Source: Octopus sinensis (Eukaryota). From it: 64,000 bases of DNA. Every line of letters starts with the position of its first letter. The stretch's first letter is position 1. The translations under genes were made by a program, and so were the position numbers. Location of the stretch: contig NC_043009.1 in the NCBI RefSeq assembly GCF_006345805.1, positions 65,348,001 to 65,412,000 of the forward strand. The letters are read 5' to 3'. Shown piece by piece: positions 1 through 11,968 of this stretch. The notes beneath the pieces are model-generated. The model was given only the letters and a program-made list of their open reading frames with translations. It was not told the DNA's origin and did no database searches.

Positions 1-61
1 CACCCTCTCTAAAGAAGTGTGAGGTATAAATGAGTCTTGTGCTGAGGTTTTATCATTTTGT

Positions 62-645
62 GGTGAGCTGGCAGAAATGTTAGCACGTCGGGCGAAATGC
101 TTAGCGGTATTTCGTCTTCCGCTACGTTCTGAGTTCAAATTCCGCCGAGGTCGACTTTGCCTTTCCTCCTTTCGGGGTTGATAAATAAAGTACAAGTTAC
201 GCACTGGGGTCGATGTAATCGACTTAATCCGTTTGTCTGTTCTTGTTTGTCCCATCTGTGTGTAGCCCCTTGTGGGTAGTAAAGAAATAGGTATTTCGTC
301 TGTCTTTACGTTCTGAGTTCAGATCCCGCCGTGGTCAACTTTGCCTTTCATCCTTTTGGGGTCGATAAATTAAGTACCAGTTACGTACTGGTGTAGATAT
401 AATCGACTTAATTCGTTTGTCTGTCCTTGTTCGTTCCTTCTGTGTTTAGCCCCTTGTGGGTAGTAAAGGTATAGGTATTTCGTCTGCCGTTATATTCTGA
501 GTTCAAATTCCGCCGAGGTCGACTTTGCCCTTCATTATTTCGAGGGTCGATAAAGTAAGTACCAGTTGCGTACTGGGGTCGATTTAATCGACTGGCTGCC
601 TCCCTCAAAATTTCGGGCCTTGTGCCTAGAGTAGACAAGAATATT
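62..645 (+). mobile_element. tRNA-derived SINE (GGTGAGCTGGCAGAA-head family) with its ~184 bp body repeated about three times in tandem
   Basis: Head GGTGAGCTGGCAGAAATGTTAGC with B-box-like GAGTTCAAATTCC. GGTATTTCGTC recurs at 106, 290 and 474. The same family recurs more than 10 times in the window. Confidence 0.8.
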
Positions 646-2084
646 GTGTCTACGTAATCTATTCATAAGCTGTCCGTTTAAATAAAAACGCTTTCTCATT
701 TACGTTATACTCTCTGTCTCTCTCATTCCCTCTCTCGCTCTCCCACTCTCTCTCTCCCTCTCTTTCTGTATATTAGCGGGTGAATATGAATGCATGTATA
801 TATGTACGCGCACATACAAGCGCTGACGGCCATACTCCGTGGCAGGAAACGCATAAAAGAATAAAATAATATATATAATTGTATATGTAAAACAGACAGT
901 CACATGTATTCTAACAATCTATAAAACAAACTCACAGGATGGTGATATATTGCCATATATATATATAATATATATATATATATTGTATACATGCAAAAGT
1001 ACATATGCGAAACGTCACCGTTCAGTCATACATATTCCCGTATGACATATAAACGGTCAATCACCTTTGAATATAACAAAGATACAGAAAAAAAAATCGA
1101 TGATATTGCAGTAGATCTTATCAGTGGATAGTCTGACGTAATTTGGCATGCTGACCTCTGGTCAATTTGCTATACATTAAGCCAAGAAACTAATTATCTA
1201 CTTTTCATGCTGCTTCAAGTGACTCGACCATTTCTACAGATGTTTAGTCTGCCGGCTCACTCTTAGTATTGCACAGCGTAACATATTATCGCCATGTTCT
1301 ACTGTAGGTGTATTCATGTGTATGCGTGTACGTGTGGGAGGCGGCATTTTCGTTTGGACTAATGCATATAAATATATACATAGAAAAGCATATATATATA
1401 TGATGTATATATATATGATGTATATATATATATATATATATATGTAACAATTTAGGAATGGCCTAAACAGGCCATTCGTCCACCAGAAAGAGCAGCCAGA
1501 ACTCCAACCGCCAAGTAGTGTAATTCGGAAATAAGGTGAAAATTTAAAAACATTTACCCTAATTCATCTTTTATACGATGCATCGTTTCAGTGTCTTTAA
1601 TGATAGACCAGCTTAATTAAATGATGAAGTGTGACCTATGGTAGACTAGCTTAATTTAATTTAATTAAGCTGGTCTATCATTAAAGACACTGAAACGATG
1701 CATCGTATAAAAGATGAATTAGGGTAAATGTTTTTAAATTTTCACCTTATTTCCGAATTACACTACTTGGCGGTTGGAGTTCTGGCTGCTCTTTCTGGTG
1801 GACGAATGGCCTGTTTAGGCCATTCCTAAATTGTTACATTTATACATATTTAGTCTTTGACTATTTTCTCTTTTCATCAGGCCGCTGGTAGCGATAAATT
1901 TTTACTGAAATTTTTGCTACCCTAAATTGATTAATTGATAATTTTCTGACTAATTCTGAGATTGAATCGGCAGTTTAATTTGCTGCCGATAAGTTTGGCG
2001 CGAATGCGTTGGTCTTGAAAATTTTAAGACAGATATTCCGAGGCATTGATACAGTCGCCTCGTGTATATCCGTCTCTCCCAGGT

Positions 2085-2190
2085 TTCTTTTACTGATGAA
2101 GTGTGACCTATGGTAGACTAGCTTAATTTAATTTAATTAAGCTGGTCTATCATTAAAGACACTGATGAAAACGATGCATCGTATAAAAGA
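2085..2190 (+). ncRNA. Type I hammerhead ribozyme, array copy with an insertion in the GAAAC arm
   Basis: CTGATGA at 2093-2099. The arm reads ACACT-GATGAAAAC instead of ACACT-GAAAC. GTA is at 2181-2183. Confidence 0.6.
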
Positions 2191-2557
2191 TGAATTAGGG
2201 TAAATGTTTTTAAATTTTCACCTTATTTCCGAATTACACTACTTGGCGGTTGGAGTTTGGCTGCTCTTCTTGTGGACGAATGGCCTGTTTAGGCATTCCT
2301 AAATTGTTACATTTATACATATTTAGTCTTTGACTATTTTCTCTTTTCCATCAGGCCGCTGGTAGCGATAAATTTTTACTGAATTTTTTGCTACCCTAAA
2401 TTGATTAATTGATTTTCTGACTAATTCTGAGATTGAATCGGCAGTTTATATTTGCTGCCGATAAGTTTGGCGCGAATGCGTTGGTCTTGAAAATTTTAAG
2501 ACAGATATTCCCGAGGCATTGATACAGTCGCCTCGTGTATATCCGTCTCTCCCAGGT

Positions 2558-2658
2558 TTCTTTTATGATGAAGTGTGACCTATGGTAGACTAGCTTAATT
2601 TAATTTAATTAAGCTGGTCTATCATTAAAGACACTGAAACGATGCATCGTATAAAAGA
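2558..2658 (+). ncRNA. Type I hammerhead ribozyme, array copy missing core C3
   Basis: TTTTA-TGATGA (C deleted), with intact ACACT-GAAAC-GATGCATC-GTA-TAAAAGA. Confidence 0.6.
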
Positions 2659-3027
2659 TGAATTAGGGTAAATGTTTTTAAATTTTCACCTTATTTCCGA
2701 ATTACACTACTTGGCGGTTGGAGTTCTGGCTGCTCTTTCTGGTGGACGAATGGCCTGTTTAGGCCATTCCTAAATTGTTACATTTATACATATTTAGTCT
2801 TTGACTATTTTCTCTTTTCCATCAGGCCGCTGGTAGCGATAAATTTTTACTGAATTTTTTGCTACCCTAAATTGATTAATTGATAATTTTCTGACTAATC
2901 TGAGATTGAATCGGCAGTTTTATTGCTGCCGATAAGTTGGCGCGAATGCGTTGGTCTTGAAAAATTTAAGACAGATATTCCCGAGGCATTGATACAGTCG
3001 CCTCGTGTATATCCGTCTCTCCCAGGT

Positions 3028-3127
3028 TCTTTTACTGATGAAGTGTGACCTATGGTAGACTAGCTTAATTAATTTAATTAAGCTGGTCTATCATTAAAGA
3101 CACTGAAACGATGCATCGTATAAAAGA
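3028..3127 (+). ncRNA. Type I hammerhead ribozyme, intact core
   Basis: Stem I TCTTTTA/TAAAAGA; core CTGATGA 3035-3041; stem II AGTGT/ACACT plus a long upper helix; GAAAC 3105-3109; palindromic stem III ACGATGCATCGT; cleavage triplet GUA 3118-3120. Confidence 0.9.
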
Positions 3128-3497
3128 TGAATTAGGGTAAATGTTTTTAAATTTTCACCTTATTTCCGAATTACACTACTTGGCGGTTGGAGTTCGCTGC
3201 TCTTTCTGGTGGACGAATGGCCTGTTTAGGCCATTCCTAAATTGTTACATTTATACATATTTAGTCTTTGACTATTTTCTCTTTTCCATCAGGCCGCTGG
3301 TAGCGATAAATTTTTACTGAATTTTGCTACCCTAAATTGATTAATTGATAATTTTCTGACTAATTCTGAGATTGAATCGGCAGTTTATATTTGCTGCCGA
3401 TAAGTTTGGCGCGAATGCGTTGGTCTTGAAAATTTTAAGACAGATATTCCCGAGGCATTGATACAGTCGCCTCGTGTATATCCGTCTCTCCCAGGTT

Positions 3498-3595
3498 TCT
3501 TTTACTGATGAAGTGTGACCTATGGTAGACTAGCTTAATTTAATTATTAGCTGGTCTATCATTAAAGACACTGAAACGATGCATCGTATAAAAGA
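3498..3595 (+). ncRNA. Type I hammerhead ribozyme, intact core
   Basis: CTGATGA 3505-3511, GAAAC 3573-3577, GUA 3586-3588, with stems I and III as in the other copies. Confidence 0.88.
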
Positions 3596-3966
3596 TGAAT
3601 TAGGGTAAATGTTTTTAAATTTTCACCTTATTTCCGAATTACACTACTTGGCGGTTGGAGTTCTGGCTGCTCTTTCTGGGGGGACGAATGGCCTGTTTAG
3701 GCCATTCCTAAATTGTTACATTTATACATATTTAGTCTTTGACTATTTTCTCTTTTCCATCAGGCCGCTGGTAGCGATAAATTTTTACTGAATTTTTTGC
3801 TACCCTAAATGATTAATTGATAATTTTCTGACTAATCTGAGATTGAATCGGCAGTTTATATTTGCTGCCGATAAGTTTGGCGCGAATGCGTGGTCTTGAA
3901 AATTTTAAGACAGATATTCCCGAGGCATTGATACAGTCGCCTCGTGTATATCCGTCTCTCCCAGGT

Positions 3967-4063
3967 TCTTTACTGATGAAGTGTGACCTATGGTAGACTA
4001 GCTTATTTAATTTAATTAAGCTGGTCTATCATTAAAGACCTGAAACGATGCATCGTACAAAGA
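3967..4063 (+). ncRNA. Type I hammerhead ribozyme, array copy with small stem defects
   Basis: CTGATGA 3973-3979; stem II 3' strand reads ACCT (one base missing); GUA 4055-4057 is followed by CAAAGA. Confidence 0.7.
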
Positions 4064-4438
4064 TGAATTAGGGTAAATGTTTTTAAATTTTCACCTTATT
4101 TCCGAATTACCACTACTTGGCGGTTGGAGTTCTGGCTGCTCTTTCTGGTGGACGAATGGCCTGTTTAGGCCATTCTAAATTGTTACATTTATACAATTTA
4201 GTCTTTGACTATTTTCTTTCTTTTCCATCAGGCCGCTGGTAGCGATAAATTTTTACTGAATTTTTTGCTACCCTAAATTGATTAATTGATAATTTTCTGA
4301 CTAATTCTGAGATTGAATCGGCAGTTTATATTTGCTGCCGATAAGTTTGGCGCGAATGCGTTGGTCTTGAAAATTTTAAGACAGATATTCCCGAGGCATT
4401 GATACAGTCGCCTCGTGTATATCCGTCTCTCCCAGGTT

Positions 4439-4539
4439 TCTTTTACTGATGAAGTGTGACCTATGGTAGACTAGCTTAATTTAATTTAATTAAGCTGGTC
4501 TATCATTAAAGACACTGAAACGATGCATCGTATAAAAGA
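4439..4539 (+). ncRNA. Type I hammerhead ribozyme, intact core
   Basis: CTGATGA 4446-4452; 19 bp upper stem II ATGGTAGACTAGCTTAATT/AATTAAGCTGGTCTATCAT; GAAAC 4517-4521; GUA 4530-4532; TAAAAGA 4533-4539. Confidence 0.9.
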
Positions 4540-4755
4540 TGAATTAGGGTAAATGTTTTTAAATTTTCACCTTATTTCCGAATTACACTACTTGGCGGTT
4601 GGAGTTCTGGCTGCTCTTTCTGGTGGACGAATGGCCTGTTTAGGCCATTCCTAATTGTTACATTTATACATATTTAGTCTTTGACTATTTTCTCTTTTCC
4701 ATCAGGCCGCTGGTAGCGATAAATTTTTACTGAATTTTTTGCTACCCTAAATTGA

Positions 4756-4942
<187 letters not shown>

Positions 4943-5162
4943 CAGTAGCCATGAGAGATCGTTAACCACTACACACATTGTTTTCTCTCCTTTTTTTTTC
5001 TCCTTGTTTCTCTCCTTGTTTTTTTTTTTGTGTCCCTTTCTGTAGAAGAGCGTAGGCTTGAAACGTAAAATACTTTTTCTATTCCTGAACGTTATACTAA
5101 TACATCTGTTTGTTTTGTACACCACCTGTCTTCGACATTTGTTTTTTTCATAAAACTCCCTA
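4943..5162 (+). mobile_element. Short interspersed (TA)n-associated repeat carrying a minimal hammerhead-like motif, copy 1 of 3
   Basis: CTTT-CTGTAGAA-GAGC-GTAG-GCTT-GAAAC-GTA-AAA at 5036-5070. Homologous copies lie at ~19450-19620 and ~23750-23920, and all three run into (TA)n at the 3' end. Confidence 0.6.
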
Positions 5163-5185
5163 CATATATATATACATGCATAGAT

Positions 5186-5246
<61 letters not shown>

Positions 5247-5302
5247 CATACATATATGTATATATGTATATTCACTCATTCACGCACACACACATCTCTA
5301 TA

Positions 5303-5688
5303 TCTCTCTCTATATAAACGGCAGTTTGTCTGTGTGTGTTTCTGTGTGTCTGTCAGGTTGTACCCTCACCCTGACCACGGCTTTCAACCGATTCTGATGA
5401 AACTTGACACACACATAGCCCAATGTCATAATTCAAAACTAACGCAGCGGAAATTTTGAAAAGTTTCCCCAGTTCTGAAAAAAATCGATAAATTCGACAT
5501 GGGGTCGAGAATCAGAAACACAAACCACAGACTGTCTAGGGGACGCAACTCGACCTTTTTAACTCTCAAAAAAAAAAATTTACAATAATTTTTTTTCATT
5601 TTTTTGCTATTTTTTGGCTATAACTCTCTAAAAATGCTTTATAGTTATTTCCCTTACAAACCTGAGCAACGCCGGGCGATACTGCTAG
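5303..5688 (+). mobile_element. Non-autonomous Helitron
   Basis: 5' A|TCTCTCTCTATATATAAA; GC-rich subterminal GCAACGCCGGGCG followed by CTAG|T (5685-5688). This matches the A|TC...CTAG|T Helitron termini. Confidence 0.7.
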
Positions 5689-5799
5689 TATCTAATATAT
5701 TTAAATATATATACATGTTTGTATGGCACACGCATGTATATCTCTCTATCTATCTATTTATCTATCTATCCATCCATCCATCCATCCATCCATCCATCC

Positions 5800-5856
<57 letters not shown>

Positions 5857-6636
5857 CTATCTATCTATAAGCATACATACATATAATTAGCATATTACGT
5901 ATAATATTTTGGTCAAAACGAACCGGAGGGAAGTATTTAGTACAAATTAAAGAGCTATGCGAATTCATTTGTCTCCACCGCTCTTCAGTATTTCCACGTC
6001 TTGTGCGTTTCGTCAGAGAGCATGACAAGGCAAAAATAATCGGATGCGAGTGAAATACAAGCAGGTCCCTGAATATGTTATGAGTCATCTTTAAACAAAG
6101 ATAAAGAAAATATTTTTGATTGTAAATAAAATAGATGAATCGAAGCAGATGCACAAACTAAAATAACTAAATCCAAGTAATTAAAATATTTAAATTAAAC
6201 CTTAATCAGCGGACATCATAAATTGATATTTCATTAGAGAACAGCAAAATTTTACATGGATACGGTGATCAGCGATTGATACCTGAGTATCTTCTTCGTC
6301 AAGTGTACTTAAGCGTAAGCGGCCCTTAACGATGCCCTATCACAAATGAAAGATTCGTACAGCAATGGTGAAGGTTTTCTTTTCCTGCTATTCCGTCATC
6401 ATCGGATGAGATAGAAGATGATGTTGTTGATGTTCTAGATAGCAAAGAAGGAAGCGATGCTTCAACTAGCTCTGGATAGAAAAAAGGGCACCAATTTATC
6501 TCCATGTGTCCATTGTTTGACAACAACAATACGGGTTTTTCAAATGAATTTATGCTCATGATGGAGGAAAAGGAATGACATTTTGCGAATTTTATTGTGG
6601 AAGAGATTAACAGTTATTATTGCCTTTGCGTCAGAT

Positions 6637-6784
6637 AAATACCGTTAAGAAGATATTTTATTGACCTCGAAAGGATGAAAGGCAAAGCTGACAATGGTGG
6701 AATTTGAACACTGAACGTAAAGGTGGACGAAATGCCGCTAAGTATTTTTGTCCGATGTGCTAACGATTCTACCAACTCGTTGCC
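6637..6784 (-). mobile_element. SINE, GGTGAGCTGGCAGAA-head family, degenerate
   Basis: The reverse complement gives GGCAACGAGTTGGTAGAATCGTTAGC...GTTCAAATTCC...GCCTTTCATCCTTTCGAGGTC. Confidence 0.7.
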
Positions 6785-6794
6785 TTACTACTTC

Positions 6795-6834
<40 letters not shown>

Positions 6835-6862
6835 CATGATGATGATGATAATAATAATGATG

Positions 6863-6941
<79 letters not shown>

Positions 6942-6976
6942 TGATGATGATGATAATAATAATAATAATAATAATA

Positions 6977-6978
<2 letters not shown>
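6795..6978. repeat. Compound (GAT)n/(AAT)n microsatellite
   Basis: Direct reading; it produces the poly-D/N/M/I pseudo-ORFs. Confidence 0.95.
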
Positions 6979-7008
<30 letters not shown>

Positions 7009-8003
7009 ATATCGAGAAAGAAAGAGGGAGAGAGATGTGTATATACAGAAACGCATATATTTGTTCAGATGTCGAGTTATAATAAATAAAAAAATTACTT
7101 TAAATTGAAAGATTATTCAATACATATTAATCATTCTTCAACAAAGGCAGTGTCGAAGCAGGTCGAAACTTCGAAGTCACTGTCACCATTATCCTTTTTA
7201 AAGGAGAATGAAAATACACACACACATGTATCACATACACATATACACACTTAGTAACATACGCGATCACGCACTAGGAGTACTCGGTTTATCTGTCCAT
7301 TTTGCATTCATAAACCTACACAGACACACGCAAACACACACTCACACACTCTACTCGCTCATACTCTCTCTCTCTCTACAGAATCTGATCAAATTCTCAA
7401 GAATTACTTTCAGAAAGTATGTAGTGCCACAGAGAAGCATCTTCTCTTGCCGTATTTGTTTACCACTATTTCAGATTTTCTATGGAAATGTCTAGAAACG
7501 TTGGATTACTGCTGGAGCAATATTCGGAAAATTCATTAAACTTGTATTAGATTTTTCGCGGGGTCTGTTTAATGCTTTCTGCAATTAATTAATTATTCAT
7601 AATCATTTGTTTGTTTATGTGTGTATGCGTCCGTACATGTTACATGTATGTATGTGTGTTTGTGTGTGTGTGTGTGTGAGTGGTTGGGTGTTTGTGTGTG
7701 TGTGTTATGGTTCTCGTTGTGTGTGTGTGTGTTTATGTTTGTGTGTGTATGTTTATGTTTGTAATATTTTGTAATTGTTGGTAATGTCGCATGTTTGTGT
7801 AAGTATATGCACGCGTGAATATCAGTGTGTAAAATGTTCGTGTGTATGTGTGTGTGTATGTGAGTATTTGTGTGTGTGTGTGTGTGTGTGTGAGTATTTG
7901 TGTGTGTTTGTGAGTGTGTGAGTGAGTGATTTCCCTTCTTCTTAATTTTCTTATTAGAATTATAATAACGATGACAATGATGATGATGATGATGACGGTG
8001 GTA

Positions 8004-8044
<41 letters not shown>

Positions 8045-8184
8045 AACAACAACAACAACAACAACAACAACAATAATGTTAATGTTATTATAAATGTAGT
8101 TTTGTTTTTTTTTGCTACAAAATGAAGTCGCTTCTTTGTTTAATTTGTATTCTTATAAACGTCGTTGAAAACTTGGTCGTTGTC

Positions 8185-8249
8185 GTCATGTCCGGCATCA
8201 TCATCATCATCATCGTCATCATCATCGTCGTCATCATTATCATCATCAT

Positions 8250-8326
<77 letters not shown>

Positions 8327-8338
8327 ACATCATCTCCA

Positions 8339-8374
<36 letters not shown>

Positions 8375-8446
8375 TCATCATCACCATCATCATCATTCCT
8401 CTGTCTTCACGGCGCCATCCGTCTTCTTCCGCTAGTTTCTCGTCCC

Positions 8447-8494
<48 letters not shown>

Positions 8495-8510
8495 CATCAT
8501 TATTATCATA
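8185..8510. repeat. Compound (CAT/CGT/CAC)n-(TTA)n microsatellite region
   Basis: Direct reading. Confidence 0.9.
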
Positions 8511-9394
8511 CTCATAGTTACCATCGTCGTTGCCGCTTTTAATAACGCTGCCAACTTTTGAAGAATCGCTTCTTTCCTCTTACATTTTAACGTTTTGTGA
8601 TGATGTTGTTGTTAATGATGGTGACGATGAGCATGTGAGGGGGGAGCGGGAGGAGAGGATGAGGTTGACGATCATCATCATCAGCTTGAACAATATCAGT
8701 AGCAATGACAACCATTTTGATTCTTATTCTGTTGAGTCGAAATAACAGTGGCAAATATTTAAATTTCATGTAGCTTTGCGTGCACATGTGGCATATGCGT
8801 TTATGCAAATGTATGTATGCATGTACGTCTGTGTGTCTTTTTATTATGTATCTAGGAAATTTGTGGGGCCAACTAATATCTTGTGAGTATATTTATTCGG
8901 CGGAGACTGTGTGGAAGACCATCTTATATACACATCAGTGCGTGTATATATCATTATACCTCATAATAAAACGTTAAGCATGTCCTATGGACATGAATGT
9001 GTCTCTTGAGGCCTACTGGTGTCTTGCAAACCTTTTAGCAAATGGAACAAGTTGAGGACTCAATTTGTTTGAGCACTTGTAGATCATTTGCTACATGTTT
9101 TCATGAGTGGACGGCAAGGCCTGCTTTGCTTCGTGCTACAAACCCACTAAGACAGGTAGGGTTTCCATTTACAGGAGCAGCATTTTGTTAGCGTGCCTTC
9201 AGGCTTGCCCGAACTTGGCCCCGATGTTGGAGCCGAGTTTGCTCAAATCTTTAAACTGAAGAGAAGCAGGCCTGACACCAGCTCCTGCGTTCTGATAGTT
9301 TGTTTTCGTAGGCAGAAAAGGAAATCCTCCATTGCTTCAGATTGTCTTTCAGTTTGTCTTTGACACGCATGAATGGCTTCAAACTGACTTTATA

Positions 9395-9489
<95 letters not shown>

Positions 9490-9929
9490 TTGTGTGTATA
9501 TATACATACATGAGGATAGGGACTGATATATTGCAGCCAAGCAAGCGTAATGAAATATATACTTGCATACATATGCGTATGTATACTCAAGCACACACCG
9601 TCCGCCTATCCTCGGACAACATTTCTTTTCCTGTTTCTGTTATCACTGTTTAGTTGTGGACAGCTGATGGGGACCTGTTGGAGTTTTCGGATCTAGCGCT
9701 ATTTTCCTGTTGTTATTTCAAAGAATGACTCTATTGTTGGGCTGGCATTTAGAAATAGTTCAACAGTTTGACAATTTTAGCTAAGACAAATATTTTTTCC
9801 TCATACATATATGTATGTGTGTGTATGCATATATGCATGTATATGTGCATATATATGTATCTGTATATATATCATATATATTATATTCATGTGTTTGTGT
9901 GTACATATGTACATACCTATGCCTATTAA

Positions 9930-10051
9930 TTTTCTTAAACAAGAACGGTATCGATAGTGACTTCGAAATTTCGACCAGCTAACCCATCGTCGGGTTGCTT
10001 AACTGGCCGAAACTTCGATGTCTCTATCAACAATATTCCTGTTTAAGAAAA
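9930..10051. mobile_element. ~120 bp palindromic MITE-like hairpin
   Basis: TTTTCTTAAACA...TGTTTAAGAAAA termini; inner arms GATAGTGACTTCGAAATTTCGACCAG and CTGGCCGAAACTTCGATGTCTCTATC are near reverse complements. A partial related copy lies at ~7155-7185. Confidence 0.5.
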
Positions 10052-10689
10052 TAAATAAACTTGTACCCCAGAAAAAAAAGTATAGTGTAACTCTGCTGCT
10101 TAATGGAAAAATGTTTTTATTGTGACTGTAAAAACAAACAACAAACAAACACACACCATATTGCATCGCTGTTTATTTATCTGACTGTATATCTACGCTC
10201 TCTTAGATCAAGTTCTCACAACTTATTTCTTCATGCGCTAGACCCATTCACTTCAACCCAAGTTCTACGTAGATTAACTTTGCCAAAGATATATATAGCG
10301 GTATTTCTTACCACATAAATATCTATCTGTCTATAATAAGCGCGCTCTTTTACTCTTCTAATCTACACTTCACACTGAATACTAAAGTTTTCGGTTATTA
10401 TCTATTCATGAGGTATAAGCTCCCTTCTCGTTATTTTCTAAATATTTTTCATAAGATGGCTGTCCCTTCTGATTCGGCTCTGGCAGATTAGCTGCTTACG
10501 GTGATCTTTTATTACTTTCAAAATGATTACGATCGCACTGTATATTTTCAATCTTGGGACATAAATATTTTCCTTATTTTATCTCTCGCGTCTCCCCTTC
10601 TCCTTCTCTCATTCAATTCCCTTTATTTTTCCAAATGTCTGTCATTTTCTTTTCCTTGTCAGCCCCTCTCTCTGTCTCTCTCCTGCCAT

Positions 10690-10737
<48 letters not shown>

Positions 10738-10880
10738 CACACCACACACACACACACACACAACACACGCACACACACACATATATACATACGTACAGCC
10801 ACATATATAATGTTTGCATATATTCATATACATACATATACATACATACACACATACAGACATATACATATACACATGCA

Positions 10881-10912
<32 letters not shown>

Positions 10913-10926
10913 ATATATATATATAT

Positions 10927-11140
10927 AGGCATAAGCGTTGGCGTGGCTGTGTGGTAAAGAAGCTTGCTTTGCAATCACGTGGTTTAGAGTTCAGTACCGC
11001 TGCGCGGCACTTTGGGCTTGTCTCTTCTACTATAGCTCAGGGCCAACTAATATCTTGTGAGTATATTTGGTCGGCGGAGACTGTGCGGAAGACCATCTTA
11101 TATACACATCAGTGCGTGTATATATCATTATACCTCATCC
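10927..11140 (+). mobile_element. SINE, GCGTGGCTGTGTGGTAAG-head family, 5' part
   Basis: GGCGTGGCTGTGTGGTAAAGAAGCTTGCTT...GAGTTCAGTACC...CTTGTCTCTTCTACTATAGC. Confidence 0.75.
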
Positions 11141-11164
11141 AATCTTTATATATCCCTTTGTCTC

Positions 11165-11218
<54 letters not shown>

Positions 11219-11968
11219 GTGTTCATTAAACCCACTCTCATCTTTTGATCAATCTTTCATGCCACCACTCTAAGATTGAACTTTCGTCTCGCTTTTCTTC
11301 TTCTCACCAACTCTCTTAAACAATCCATCAAAGACTAAGCAACTGTACTTACTCGATATGCTAGAAAAAGCAGTTAGTTTCTCTTCAAAACATCGCCACC
11401 CCGCATATTGTCATTTCATAATCTGTCGGACGTATTGAGTAATAATAATCTTCATACACCACATTTCCCGGAAAAAAGGTCGGATGGTCATATTTGGATC
11501 ATTCTTGCCTTATTTTGTCCGCATGAAGACTGAGATGCGGTTAAGTAACAAATCTCAGCCATTTTCTTAATTCCTCCTTAATCCTCACTAATCTAAAACA
11601 GCTTATAAATCCACGTCTACCCCACCCCTTCCATCCGACCATCGTACTCATATGCATTCTCTCCTCTTTTCTTCCTTTTCTTTAACTTTCATTATTTCTC
11701 TCCTTTATGATTATTTTCCTTCTCTCTTTTATTTCTGACTTTATATTACTTTCTCTCTGCCCGCAACTCTCTCTTCCCTCTCTTTCTCTAGATGTCTCTC
11801 ACTCTCTCTCTATGTCAGTGTCTTTGTCTCTCTTTACCCATCTTACTCTCTTACTCTTCCTCCATATCTCTCATTCTTTTCCTACCTCACTCACTCACTC
11901 ACTCACTTACCATGTAGAAATAGAGAGAGAGAGGAAGAGAGAGAGAAATAGGAAGAGGGAGAGAGAGA

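Noticed and set aside
2085-2658. Idea that array copies with broken cores (GATG insertion, missing C3) are programmed non-cleaving spacers
   Set aside because: Differences between units are dominated by scattered 1-4 bp indels typical of long-read error, so real inactivation cannot be separated from noise without raw reads.
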